Of a stretch of 64,000 bases of DNA, positions 1 through 8,920 are shown piece by piece. The notes under the pieces are model-generated. The model saw only the letters and a program-made list of their open reading frames with translations. It searched no databases and had not been told where the DNA came from. This stretch comes from an uncultured Verrucomicrobiae bacterium (GTDB lineage: Bacteria; Verrucomicrobiota; Verrucomicrobiia; Chthoniobacterales; JAFAMB01). The position numbers and the translations under genes are program-made. Every line of letters begins with the position of its first letter. Within the stretch, counting starts at the first letter, position 1. The stretch spans positions 256,001-320,000 of the forward strand of contig CAVXLD010000007.1 in NCBI GenBank assembly GCA_963762565.1, read 5' to 3'.

Positions 1-2
1 CC

Positions 3-2702
3 AGTCACTGCCGTATCCAGGTAAAATCCGCCTCCGAAGGCAGTGGCGTAGAGGCCGCCCGTTCCGCCATCCACGTCGATGCTGCCGCCGTCGGGAAGGT
101 TAACTCCGGTGTGTGCGTAACCGCCCGTGAGGCCAATCGCGAAATTCGACCCGATCCGATAATCAACGCCCAGCGTGACTCCTCCGGTCTGGAAATTAAA
201 GCCACGAGCGCCATCTGCTGAACTAACATCCGTGAAATCGCCAAGACCCGTGGCGAAGAAACCCCAGCGATTCTCTGGTATCGGCGCCAAAGCCGAAGGC
301 CCGCTCTTGCCTTCTGATCCGGTCGGCCCCGAGAGGCTATCGCTGAAGCTCGGGGAGGAGCCGTTGATGGTCAAACCGGAAGAGCTGAAGCCTCGGCTCC
401 CCGACCGAATGTCTTCCAGCCGCCGCTCCAGGTTCGCGGTCTGAATGTTGGCTAGGGAAACACCCAGCGCATAGACGGAAGTCAGGTCTTCGGGGGAGAT
501 TAAGGTAAAATCGGCGCAGAGTTGGCCAAGCGGTTGGGTATCGAGAAAGTTAATCAGCGCAGAGGCCCGGGGATCGCCAACTGCGCTATTCAAAGCCTGA
601 GCCACCGCAACGGAGTTCGGATTACAAGCGACGCTCACAAAATTACCCTGGGTTCCAACTATCTCAGCCGCGTCTGGTAGAACAGTTACTTGAACGCCGA
701 CAAGGGTGTTGGTAGTGCCCAGGTTTTGAATCGTACTGAAGGACCCAGTGACACTATTCGCGGTAAGAAAGACCAGTTTATCGCCCGGCAGGAACTGGAT
801 GTTGCCGGTGCGAACCACCTGAAGCGTGCCGCTCAATGTAGCGTTACCGGTTACGGCCAGTTGACCGAACTCCCCGGGCGACAGGCCACCCAATTCCAGG
901 CGAAACACTCCGTTACTCGTCTGCGTGTAATTACCCCGGATCGTCAATGTACCGAATGGATCACCAGGGCTGATTATCCCAGAGTTGGTAACGTTACCAC
1001 TAATCGTACCGGTGCCCGTCAGTGTTCCGCCGCTACCAATTGTTACCGTTGATGAAGTTAACGTAGCGCTTTGAGCCACGGTCAAAGTTCCCGCGTTCAC
1101 GTCGGTGGATATTGGAGCTGCCAAGTCTTCATCAATAGTCCAGTTACCGCTTCCTTGTTTGATCAACGATCCCGGGTCGGTGATCGTGCCGGTAACAGCT
1201 TGAGTGAGTGTTTGCACCCCTGACCCGTCCAGAATGAGTTTGCTGCTAGTGTCTGAGCCAAGGTTTAGGCTTCCGTTGATTACGCCACCCGTCAACAACG
1301 TGACAGCATTGGATGCATTACCCAATGTAACGCCTCCGTTTATCGTTCCGGCATTTGAGATACTTATCTCCCCGCTCTCGCCTAAGACTGCCAAATGGTT
1401 GGTCCCTCCCGTAATAACGCCACCAGGATTGTTTGTTAGAGAGCCGCCAGCATCGTCCTCAAATTCGATCGCATTGGCGGCTGCCGAGATTATTCCTGAA
1501 TTCACAATCGTCGTGTTACCGGACGTATCCATTGTAATGCCTGCGTTGCCTTGCCCTATTATAGAGCCGGTCGCGGTATTCATAATAGAGCCGCCAGCGC
1601 TTAGATGGATGCCGGTTTCCAAACCAGAAATCTTCCCTGCATTTAAGATGCTTATCTCTTGGGTGGTACTATAGATCACCGAATGGTTGGGCCCCCCAGT
1701 AAGAACACCCCCAGAATTGTTTGTTACAGACCCGGTGGAACCATCAAAGAAGATCGCAATAGTGTTTCCGGAGGAGATTGTTCCTGAATTAACGACTACG
1801 CCGTTACCACCAGTTATCACTATTGCCTCATCGGTCTTTGCGGTAATAGAGCCACCCGGGTCGTTTGTAATCGTTCCGCCGGCTTCGAGCATAATGGCGT
1901 TGTTGCCGCCTGAGATAGCACCAGAATTTGTGATGTCGACTGACGCCTTGAGCCCCTGGATTCCGATGCTGGTTGAGTCAATTCCTTCGATTTTGCCGCC
2001 GGCATTGTTAACAACTGAGCCGCCGTCCTCCAAAATAATGGCTTGAGTTCTTCCCGTTATTGTCCCGGAATTTGTGACGGTCCCATCGTTGAAAATGAAA
2101 GCGCCTGCGGCGAATGTTCCATTGAGGACCCCATTTGCGTTAACAGTTAGGCTACTAAAGATGTCCAGAGCACCGCGAGAACCTACGATGACCGTCCCGC
2201 TGGGGCCGTTGACGGATCCAATAGTAAGGCTGCCAACCTGAGCGGTAGCACCCCCCGCCGCATCAGTGCGCAGACCAGATTCTTCGATGACAGCCGTTCC
2301 ACCGTTTGCCACCACCGCCGTCGACGTTGAGGTGGGTACGCCATTGCTCCAATCGTCTGGGTCGAACCAGTTTCCTTCAGGCGTAAAGGTCCATCTCGTG
2401 ACCGGCCCTGGAATAATTGCCGGATCTAGAGCGTTGCCGTGACTAAGCACTGCGCTAGCCGGGGCCACCGACGGATGAGCCGCCAGGTTTGATGCAGTGA
2501 GGGGTGAAACGCGAAGGTTAGCGTCTAACCCTATACCGCCGCTTTGCAGGCTGGTTAAGTCTGGCAAAGAGAGCCAATCCACCGTGGACGACAAAAGCCA
2601 ATCAGGAGTTGGATGCGCTTGCAGGGCGCTGGAGGTCAGAAAAACACCTAGGGCAGCGGCCCCCTGATAGGCTCGGAGCATTCTTTGGACTGGATTTTTC
2701 AT
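3..2702 (-). CDS. Autotransporter (type Va): Gly/Asn/Thr-rich passenger and beta-barrel; 3' end runs off the window
   Basis: Hand translation from ATG at 2702 gives MKNPVQRMLRAYQGAAALGVFLTSSALQA (signal-like), then GNWFDPDDWSNGVP, SLIKQGSGNWTI (autotransporter beta-strand repeat), linker LANIQTANLERRLEDIRSG and barrel start RWGFFATGLGDF...GVTLGVDYR. The frame was consistent at spot checks. It is missing from the ORF track, consistent with having no stop inside the window. Confidence 0.9.
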   Translation of the reverse strand, partial: MKNPVQRMLRAYQGAAALGVFLTSSALQAHPTPDWLLSSTVDWLSLPDLTSLQSGGIGLDANLRVSPLTASNLAAHPSVAPASAVLSHGNALDPAIIPGPVTRWTFTPEGNWFDPDDWSNGVPTSTSTAVVANGGTAVIEESGLRTDAAGGATAQVGSLTIGSVNGPSGTVIVGSRGALDIFSSLTVNANGVLNGTFAAGAFIFNDGTVTNSGTITGRTQAIILEDGGSVVNNAGGKIEGIDSTSIGIQGLKASVDITNSGAISGGNNAIMLEAGGTITNDPGGSITAKTDEAIVITGGNGVVVNSGTISSGNTIAIFFDGSTGSVTNNSGGVLTGGPNHSVIYSTTQEISILNAGKISGLETGIHLSAGGSIMNTATGSIIGQGNAGITMDTSGNTTIVNSGIISAAANAIEFEDDAGGSLTNNPGGVITGGTNHLAVLGESGEISISNAGTINGGVTLGNASNAVTLLTGGVINGSLNLGSDTSSKLILDGSGVQTLTQAVTGTITDPGSLIKQGSGNWTIDEDLAAPISTDVNAGTLTVAQSATLTSSTVTIGSGGTLTGTGTISGNVTNSGIISPGDPFGTLTIRGNYTQTSNGVFRLELGGLSPGEFGQLAVTGNATLSGTLQVVRTGNIQFLPGDKLVFLTANSVTGSFSTIQNLGTTNTLVGVQVTVLPDAAEIVGTQGNFVSVACNPNSVAVAQALNSAVGDPRASALINFLDTQPLGQLCADFTLISPEDLTSVYALGVSLANIQTANLERRLEDIRSGSRGFSSSGLTINGSSPSFSDSLSGPTGSEGKSGPSALAPIPENRWGFFATGLGDFTDVSSADGARGFNFQTGGVTLGVDYRIGSNFAIGLTGGYAHTGVNLPDGGSIDVDGGTGGLYATAFGGGFYLDTAVT

Positions 2703-2896
2703 TTTGAGCGTTTGGTGTGGCGATCGCGATCCGTCTATCAAGGACCAACGGACAAATGAGACTATCGTTTTATGAAGCACCCCCTCTTCCTCAGTCGCAG
2801 TAAAGCCAAAGTGGACTCCAGTGGCGTGGGTGCTGAAACGGTTTGTAACCAAGCGCCGCGGCGGAATCAAGGTTAAACAACGAGCGAGGAGACCTT

Positions 2897-3142
2897 GGAG
2901 CGCTGCCTCGCTTGCGAGGCCGCGGTAAGCAAGGATACAAACTAGATAATACCCTTGTCCGTGTGGCGCTCTGTTGTCCAGCGGTCGAGACGAAGACCTA
3001 AGATTGAGGATTTCATACGGAGAGAACCAGATTGTTAGTCCAAATCATGGTCAATCGGTGCGATTCAGAGCGTAGACAAAGGAAGGACGTGTCTAACGAT
3101 ATCGCCCTATTTACCACGGCCTCGCAAGCGAGGCAGCGCTCC
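2897..3142. repeat. REPIN-like element, family A (inverted pair of GGAGCGCTGCCTCGCTTGCGAGGCCG), 246 bp
   Basis: The arms at ~2897-2928 and ~3111-3142 are near-perfect reverse complements; the same arms and span recur at 25016-25261. Confidence 0.85.
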
Positions 3143-3207
3143 AAGGCTTTCGCGCTCGTTTCCTAGGCTTGCCTTGTGCCGTCGGGTCTTTTACAAAGGT
3201 GCTTAAC

Positions 3208-3624
3208 GTGAGAAATCGAATTGTTAGAGGGATTGCATGGGTGCTATGCATCGCCTTCGGGATTTCCGAGATCTTTGCTTTTGGGGAGAATCAAACCCTG
3301 CGGATTATTCAGACCCAAACCATGTTCATCCGGCACACGGCAACAGAATATCAGCGCCGGGTGGCAGAGCAGAATGCGAAGGCTTTTTTTAAACAATTAA
3401 CGCCTGAGAAAAAGGCGGAACTCAAGCGAAAGAAAGTCAAAACGGTCCTGATCCCGACGGTGCGCAGCAAGGAAACCTCGCCGGCGGCTAAGGAAGTCGC
3501 GATGCGCTTCTCGCTGGAGGGGGAATCGCTGATCGACGACTACGCGTACGAGTTCAATAGCCCGTTACAGGCCGGTACTATTGCCAAGATCGGCGGCCTT
3601 GATCCGGAGTACGTCGGGCAATAG
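3208..3624 (+). CDS. Hypothetical exported protein
   Basis: ORF 3169..3624; a GTG at 3208 gives a signal-like N-terminus (VRNRIVRGIAWVLCIAFGISEIFA). No family recognised. Confidence 0.65.
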   Translation: MRNRIVRGIAWVLCIAFGISEIFAFGENQTLRIIQTQTMFIRHTATEYQRRVAEQNAKAFFKQLTPEKKAELKRKKVKTVLIPTVRSKETSPAAKEVAMRFSLEGESLIDDYAYEFNSPLQAGTIAKIGGLDPEYVGQ

Positions 3625-3638
3625 ACGGTTTTAGGTTT

Positions 3639-6026
3639 TCATTGCTCGTCGGATCTGACCTCCGAGAACGTGACATTATTCTCGCTGCACCATTTTTCTG
3701 CCGAAGGCAGGCCCGCGCTCGCGGCCTTGCCGATCATTTCTTCTGCTTCGCTTCGCCGGCCTGGTTTCTTCTCGATCAAGAGCCCGTACAAGAACATGCT
3801 CAACACGTTACCGTGTTCAGCGCCCGCCTGATAATGTTTCTCGGCTTCGGTTTCATTCTTTTGCAGGCCGCCCCAACCCTCTTGGTAACATTGTCCAAGG
3901 TGAGCCATGGCGTTCCAGTCCTGTTTGGCCGCCGCTTGTTCCCACCATACTCTGGCCTGCCGATCCCATTCATCCGCCTGGGCATTCAGCTGTTTCCGTT
4001 GCTGCGGGTTGGTAGTTTTCTGGGCTTCGCCTCGTTGCAGGTCGGATTTGTATTGCAATATCCGGCCAGCTAGCGTCATCGCTGGCGCCACCTTTTGGTC
4101 CGCCAAAGGCATAATGACTTGTTCAGCCTTCACTACATCCTGCTTAGTTCCCTTGCCGCTAAGATAGCAATCACCGACATAGGCCCCAGCTTCCAGGTTC
4201 GGGTGCGGAGCTTTGAAAGCCTCGTTTAGCCAGCGAAACCCTTCGGTTTCATCGTTGGTTGTGCCCTTTCTCAGGTAGGCCCGGCCGAGCTTCATCATCG
4301 CGTATGAATCACCCAGGTTAGCCGCCCGCTGGAACAAAGTAGTTGCCTCGGCGCCCTTCTCATTATCCGCCAACCAGAGAATCGCAGTGAGAATGTTGAG
4401 GTCGGCTGCGTCCGAAACGATCTGTTTATAGAACAGATTAAACTCGTCCTTATTGATGGGAGGAGTTCTATCCCGAAACTGGTCGATGATGTGGCCTAGC
4501 TTCGCGGTCTCTTCCTGAGCATCCGTAGCGCCCGAAGTCGTTAAGAATTGGACGAGTCGGACGTCAGCGGACAGATACTCTGGAGTTCCTTCATCATACT
4601 TCTTCAAGTCGGCCAATAAACGCTCTTTCCGATTCGGCTTCTGTTTAAGGGATACCTGCATTTCCGGAGATGTAGTGCTCCCAACCTCAATCTCTTGCTG
4701 TAACGGTTCGTATTCGTCCTGCGTGGCCACTAGTTGATGTTTCCCGAACGGTACATGGGTGAACGTGTTTGGCGGCGAGTCCGGCGGTTTGTTATCTAAA
4801 AGCACCGAAGCGTTCGACGGCTCGGTTTGCACGGAGAGGCTTGCGATCTCCGGTATCGGAGTCGGGGTGGGGATAGGGGTAGGGGTGGCTTGAGAAAGCG
4901 TTTGTTGGGTAGCGACGTTCTGTTTGGGGTTTTGTTGCAAATAGAGATAAACACCGAAGCCGATCAACGCGAGGAGAGCGATCGCTGGAATCAATAACCA
5001 CCTTTTGCGACGGGAAGGACGTCTTTCGGGAATAGCAGTGGGCAGTTCCGTTGGCGGGGCTTCAGTCAACGGCGGGGTTTCAGTCAGCGGTACTTCAGTC
5101 AGCGGTACGGTAGTCGCCGGCGGGGCCTGAGTTTTTTCACCGATTGGGATAAGGGTGCTCGTCTTCCCGCCCTGGATATCTCCCAGGCATTCTGCGATCG
5201 CATTCTGGAGATCGCGAGGCGACTGCGTCCGTTTATCCCGGTCCTTTTGCAGCATCCGTTGGAGCAACGAAACCACGCAGGTAGGTACATCCGTTAGCGG
5301 CTCCAAGGCGATGTCCTTATACAGGTGCTGGCTCATGATCTGGCCAACTGAGCCCGTGAACGGCGGCCTGCCCGCGATCATGTAGTAGAGGGTGGCGCCA
5401 AGAGAATAGATGTCAGATCGGACATCTAACTCTCCTTCCTCGACCTGCTCGGGACTGGCGTAGTGGGGGGTACCGACAAACCCTTCCACGGTAAGGGTAC
5501 CAGTGTCTTCAGCGCCCCCTTTGGCGCTCTTCGCGAGGCCGAAATCGATTACTTTGACGACGGTTTCCCCTTCCTGATCGACCAGCATCAAATTGGACGG
5601 CTTCAGGTCGCGATGGACTAAACGTTGCCTATCGGCAGCGGCCAAAGCGCGCGCCACTTGTAGCCCGATGTTCAACGCCTCGATAGGTTCGAGGCGTCCT
5701 TTCCGTTTAACGTAAGCATCGACGGTTTCTCCGTCGATGAACTCCATCACATAGAAAAAGTTGTCCTGATCGGTGCTGAGATTGAAAACCGAGGCGACGT
5801 TCGGATGCCGGAGCGCCGCAGCGGCGCGAGCTTCGCGCAAAAACCGTTGCCGGGCCGTATCGTTTCCCAAATAGGTGGAATTAATGATCTTTAGGGCGAC
5901 TGCGCAGTGCAGATTGGTATCGTAAGCCTTGTAGGTGATCCCCATTGCTCCACGGCCAAGCTCCCACAGGCTACCGTCGTCACGCCGAAGCACTTCATAT
6001 TGTTTGTAGCGATCGACTTCCGGCAT
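3639..6026 (-). CDS. Ser/Thr protein kinase with TM helix, PEGA domain and Sel1-like repeats
   Basis: GRGAMG, VALK, HRDLKPSN, DFG and GTPHYASPE motifs; Pro/Thr linker; TM WLLIPAIALLALIGFGVYLYL; PEGA-like SLSVQTEPSNASVLLD; Sel1 repeats (AMMKLGRAY, AMAHLGQCYQEG). Confidence 0.93.
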   Translation of the reverse strand: MPEVDRYKQYEVLRRDDGSLWELGRGAMGITYKAYDTNLHCAVALKIINSTYLGNDTARQRFLREARAAAALRHPNVASVFNLSTDQDNFFYVMEFIDGETVDAYVKRKGRLEPIEALNIGLQVARALAAADRQRLVHRDLKPSNLMLVDQEGETVVKVIDFGLAKSAKGGAEDTGTLTVEGFVGTPHYASPEQVEEGELDVRSDIYSLGATLYYMIAGRPPFTGSVGQIMSQHLYKDIALEPLTDVPTCVVSLLQRMLQKDRDKRTQSPRDLQNAIAECLGDIQGGKTSTLIPIGEKTQAPPATTVPLTEVPLTETPPLTEAPPTELPTAIPERRPSRRKRWLLIPAIALLALIGFGVYLYLQQNPKQNVATQQTLSQATPTPIPTPTPIPEIASLSVQTEPSNASVLLDNKPPDSPPNTFTHVPFGKHQLVATQDEYEPLQQEIEVGSTTSPEMQVSLKQKPNRKERLLADLKKYDEGTPEYLSADVRLVQFLTTSGATDAQEETAKLGHIIDQFRDRTPPINKDEFNLFYKQIVSDAADLNILTAILWLADNEKGAEATTLFQRAANLGDSYAMMKLGRAYLRKGTTNDETEGFRWLNEAFKAPHPNLEAGAYVGDCYLSGKGTKQDVVKAEQVIMPLADQKVAPAMTLAGRILQYKSDLQRGEAQKTTNPQQRKQLNAQADEWDRQARVWWEQAAAKQDWNAMAHLGQCYQEGWGGLQKNETEAEKHYQAGAEHGNVLSMFLYGLLIEKKPGRRSEAEEMIGKAASAGLPSAEKWCSENNVTFSEVRSDEQ

Positions 6027-6104
6027 GATAAAGCGCTCCCAAAATGCACTTTAAGGGCCGAAAAAGCAATCCGATCACGCAGGAGCCACCAAACGTTGGA
6101 TAGC

Positions 6105-6560
6105 AAACCGCGAATGGACACGAATGGACGCGAAGGAAGACAAATCAACCGCAGATGAACGCAGATAGACGCAGATTTGGATTGGGGCGAGATGACACGC
6201 CGGAAGTCTCGTCAGCTGCTCGGCCGAGTGACGTTCAACAAAGAGGAATCATCCGCAGATTACGCAGATTTCGTCCGGAGCTTCGATACGGCCGGCGAGA
6301 GAAATAGGAAATCTTTCGTAGCGACACGTTGTCATTTACCTCGCAGTGCCAACACACCCCCAAGCGAAATCTGCGTAATCTGTGTAATCTGCGGATCATT
6401 CCTGTTTTGCCGGCTTTGCTCGATCCGACGCGTGTTTCTCTCTATGGCCAGCCCTACGACAAGACCATCTGCGTCCATCAGCTTTAATTTCACCCCGGAG
6501 ACTTTCGGGGCTGCGGTTGGTTTGTCTTTCTTCGTGTCCATTCGCGTCCATTCGCGGTTT
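6105..6560. repeat. Nested inverted repeats built from 9-10-mer units (CGAATGGACA / CGCAGATTA type)
   Basis: 6105-6154 pairs with 6511-6560; ~6245-6273 pairs with ~6365-6403; a small hairpin lies at 6493-6510. Confidence 0.85.
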
Positions 6561-6575
6561 GGTTACTGTTTCTGT

Positions 6576-7799
6576 ATGTCGCAGCAATCTGGCTTTGGTC
6601 CGTTGCAGGGAGTTAAAGTGCTCGAACTGGGGCACGTCATGGCCGGCCCGGTCTGCGGAATGATGCTGGCCGATATGGGCGCAGAGGTCATCAAATTAGA
6701 GAAGATTGCCGGCGGGGACGATACCCGGCGAATGGTGCCCCCAAGGATCAAAGGGGAATCCGCTGCTTTTATGATGCTGAACCGGAATAAGCGTGGGATC
6801 GCGGTCGACCTAAAGTCTCCCCAGGGCATTGAGATCGTTAAAAGGCTGATCCAGGGAAACGATATTCTGATTGAAAATTTTCGGCTTGGTACGATGGAGC
6901 GCCTCGGGTTGGGCTACGAAGATGCCCAGAAGCTAAATCCCGGACTGATCTATTGCTCATTGTCAGGGTTCGGCCGAACTGGACCGTACGCAGAGCGAGG
7001 CGGGTTTGATCTGGTGGCTCAAGGAATGTCCGGGTTGATGAGCATTACCGGCAATCGCCACGACGAGACGCCGGTGAAGGTGGGTCCACCGATTACCGAC
7101 ATAACGGCCGGTATTCTTGGAGCAATGGGCGTGCTCGCGGCTTATACCTATCGGCTAAAGACGGGACAGGGCCAGTTGGTGGATACTTCTCTGTTCGAGG
7201 CCGGCATTGTGCAAACCTACTTCCATTCGGCGATCTTTCTGGCGACAGGGCAATCACCCACACCGACAGGCTCGGCCCACATCATGAGCGCGCCTTATCA
7301 GGCGTTTCCCACTGCTGACGGCTGGATCACGGTAGGCGCGGCGAACCAAGCGAATTGGCTGCGTCTGATCGAAGTCATTGAAGCTCCGGGGTTGGCTACC
7401 GATCACCGGTTCAAGGAAAATGTCGATCGGATGCATCATCTCGATGAACTAACTGAAGCACTGCAACCTTACTTTCGACAGAGAACCTCCGCGGATTGGT
7501 TAAGCCGGTTCGAGAAGGCCGGCCTACCTGCAGGTCCGATTTATAATATGAAAGAAGTCTTGGAAGACGAACAGACGCGGGCCCGAAACATGATAACGGA
7601 AGTACCGCACGCGACGCTAGGCAGCACCAAGACGCTCGGAGCACCAGTGAAATTCTCCCACACGCCGAGTGAGGTCAGGCGTGGCGCACCGGTCCTAGGA
7701 CAACATACGCACGAGATCCTGGCCGAGGTGGGCTTTGATGCGGACGAGATAGAGCGAATGGAACGCGAAGGAGTGGTGTTAACGCATGGTAAACAGTAA
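6576..7799 (+). CDS. CaiB/BaiF family (class III) CoA-transferase
   Basis: GPLQGVKVLELGHVMAGP, LADMGAEVIKLE, NRNKRGIAVDLK and GFDLVAQGMSGLM. The true start is likely ATG 6576; the upstream ORF extension is repeat DNA. Confidence 0.93.
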   Translation: MSQQSGFGPLQGVKVLELGHVMAGPVCGMMLADMGAEVIKLEKIAGGDDTRRMVPPRIKGESAAFMMLNRNKRGIAVDLKSPQGIEIVKRLIQGNDILIENFRLGTMERLGLGYEDAQKLNPGLIYCSLSGFGRTGPYAERGGFDLVAQGMSGLMSITGNRHDETPVKVGPPITDITAGILGAMGVLAAYTYRLKTGQGQLVDTSLFEAGIVQTYFHSAIFLATGQSPTPTGSAHIMSAPYQAFPTADGWITVGAANQANWLRLIEVIEAPGLATDHRFKENVDRMHHLDELTEALQPYFRQRTSADWLSRFEKAGLPAGPIYNMKEVLEDEQTRARNMITEVPHATLGSTKTLGAPVKFSHTPSEVRRGAPVLGQHTHEILAEVGFDADEIERMEREGVVLTHGKQ

Positions 7800-7900
7800 G
7801 CAGTAATCAGTAAGCGGTAAGCAGTAATCAGTGCAGAGGCCGCCGGCCAAAGCCGTCGAGAACTGATCAGTGACTTCCTGCTTACCGCTTCCGCTTACTA
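7793..7900. repeat. Heptamer tandem array (CAGTAAG/CAGTAAT) with an inverted partner
   Basis: cagtaagcagtaatcagtaagcggtaagcagtaatcagt overlaps the CaiB stop; the complementary run ctgcttaccgcttccgcttact is at ~7877-7899. Confidence 0.75.
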
Positions 7901-7912
7901 ATTTTAAAGGAT

Positions 7913-8689
7913 ATGGCTGACATCAACATCGAACGGAAAGAGGGCATCGCGGAGGTAAAATTCAACCGCCCCGGGGTGCGGAACGCTTTGACCTTTGAAA
8001 TGTACGACGCCGTGTACAATTTGTGCGCCGAGGCCAACTCAACGGAGGAAATCAAAGCCATTATTTTTGCAGGAGTCGACTCGTCTGCCTTTGCGTCCGG
8101 GACGGATATTAGCCTGTTGCAGGGGATTACCGATGGGAAAGACGGCATCAAGTACGAAGAGGAAATCGAGCGGGTCGTGGGGATGGTGGAACGTTGCCGG
8201 GTACCAACCATTGCTGCCATCGCGGGCGCTTGCACCGGCGGCGGAGCAGCCTTAGCGACCGCCTGCGATTTACGGATCGGAGCCAAGAACATGAGGTTCG
8301 GTTATCCGATGGCTAAAACATTAGGTAATTGTCTGTCATTGCCGAATTCAGCGCGTTTGATTTTTCTGATTGGTCCGGGCCGGTTTAAAGAACTCTTGCT
8401 GACGGCCAGATTAATGGGAGCGGAGGAAGCGTACGCCACCGGGTTAATCAACGAAATAGTTGAGGATGCATTGAATTTGTTAGTCCGTGCTCGCGAACTG
8501 GCGGCATCGATCGCTGAAAATGCTCCCCTAACCATCTGGGCAGCTAAAGAAGCGGTTCGCCGGCTCCATGAGCAATTACAATCGGCGGATTTCACCGATG
8601 TAATCGAACGCTGTTACCAGAGCGACGATTTCCGCCTTGGTGTCGACTCATTTATCAGAAAACAGACTCCAAAGTGGCTCGGTAAGTAG
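7913..8689 (+). CDS. Enoyl-CoA hydratase/isomerase (crotonase) family protein
   Basis: FNRPGVRNAL, AFASGTDI, PTIAAIAGACTGGGAALATACDLRI and NAPLTIWAAKEA. Confidence 0.92.
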   Translation: MADINIERKEGIAEVKFNRPGVRNALTFEMYDAVYNLCAEANSTEEIKAIIFAGVDSSAFASGTDISLLQGITDGKDGIKYEEEIERVVGMVERCRVPTIAAIAGACTGGGAALATACDLRIGAKNMRFGYPMAKTLGNCLSLPNSARLIFLIGPGRFKELLLTARLMGAEEAYATGLINEIVEDALNLLVRARELAASIAENAPLTIWAAKEAVRRLHEQLQSADFTDVIERCYQSDDFRLGVDSFIRKQTPKWLGK

Positions 8690-8920
8690 GGTCGCGAATT
8701 GATCCGCCTTCTTTGGGATTTTTATACTCGTCCCGCGGCCGAGGGAAGGCATCGCTCCACGGGTTCCGAACGCCAAAGCTGTCTTTGGTGAAAAATTCCT
8801 TTGCTTGAGCTAGTTCCGATCTGCGAAATTGTTGGCAGTGGAAGAGCGGCGGGTCTAGCGAGGATGCGTCAGCGGGTTTGGAAAGCAGGTCAAGCTGGCC
8901 GGCGCCGCTCCCACAGTGCA

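Noticed and set aside
175..2046. Several + strand ORFs
   Set aside because: They are antisense shadows of the autotransporter.
2703..2870. Possible structured leader or riboswitch upstream of the autotransporter (AGCACCC...GGGTGCT stem)
   Set aside because: It is a single short stem with no recognisable riboswitch consensus; an Rfam search would be needed.
6177..6575. 133-aa N-terminal extension of the CoA-transferase
   Set aside because: It is translated repeat DNA (ICVICVIC, SIRVHSR); family similarity starts at ATG 6576.
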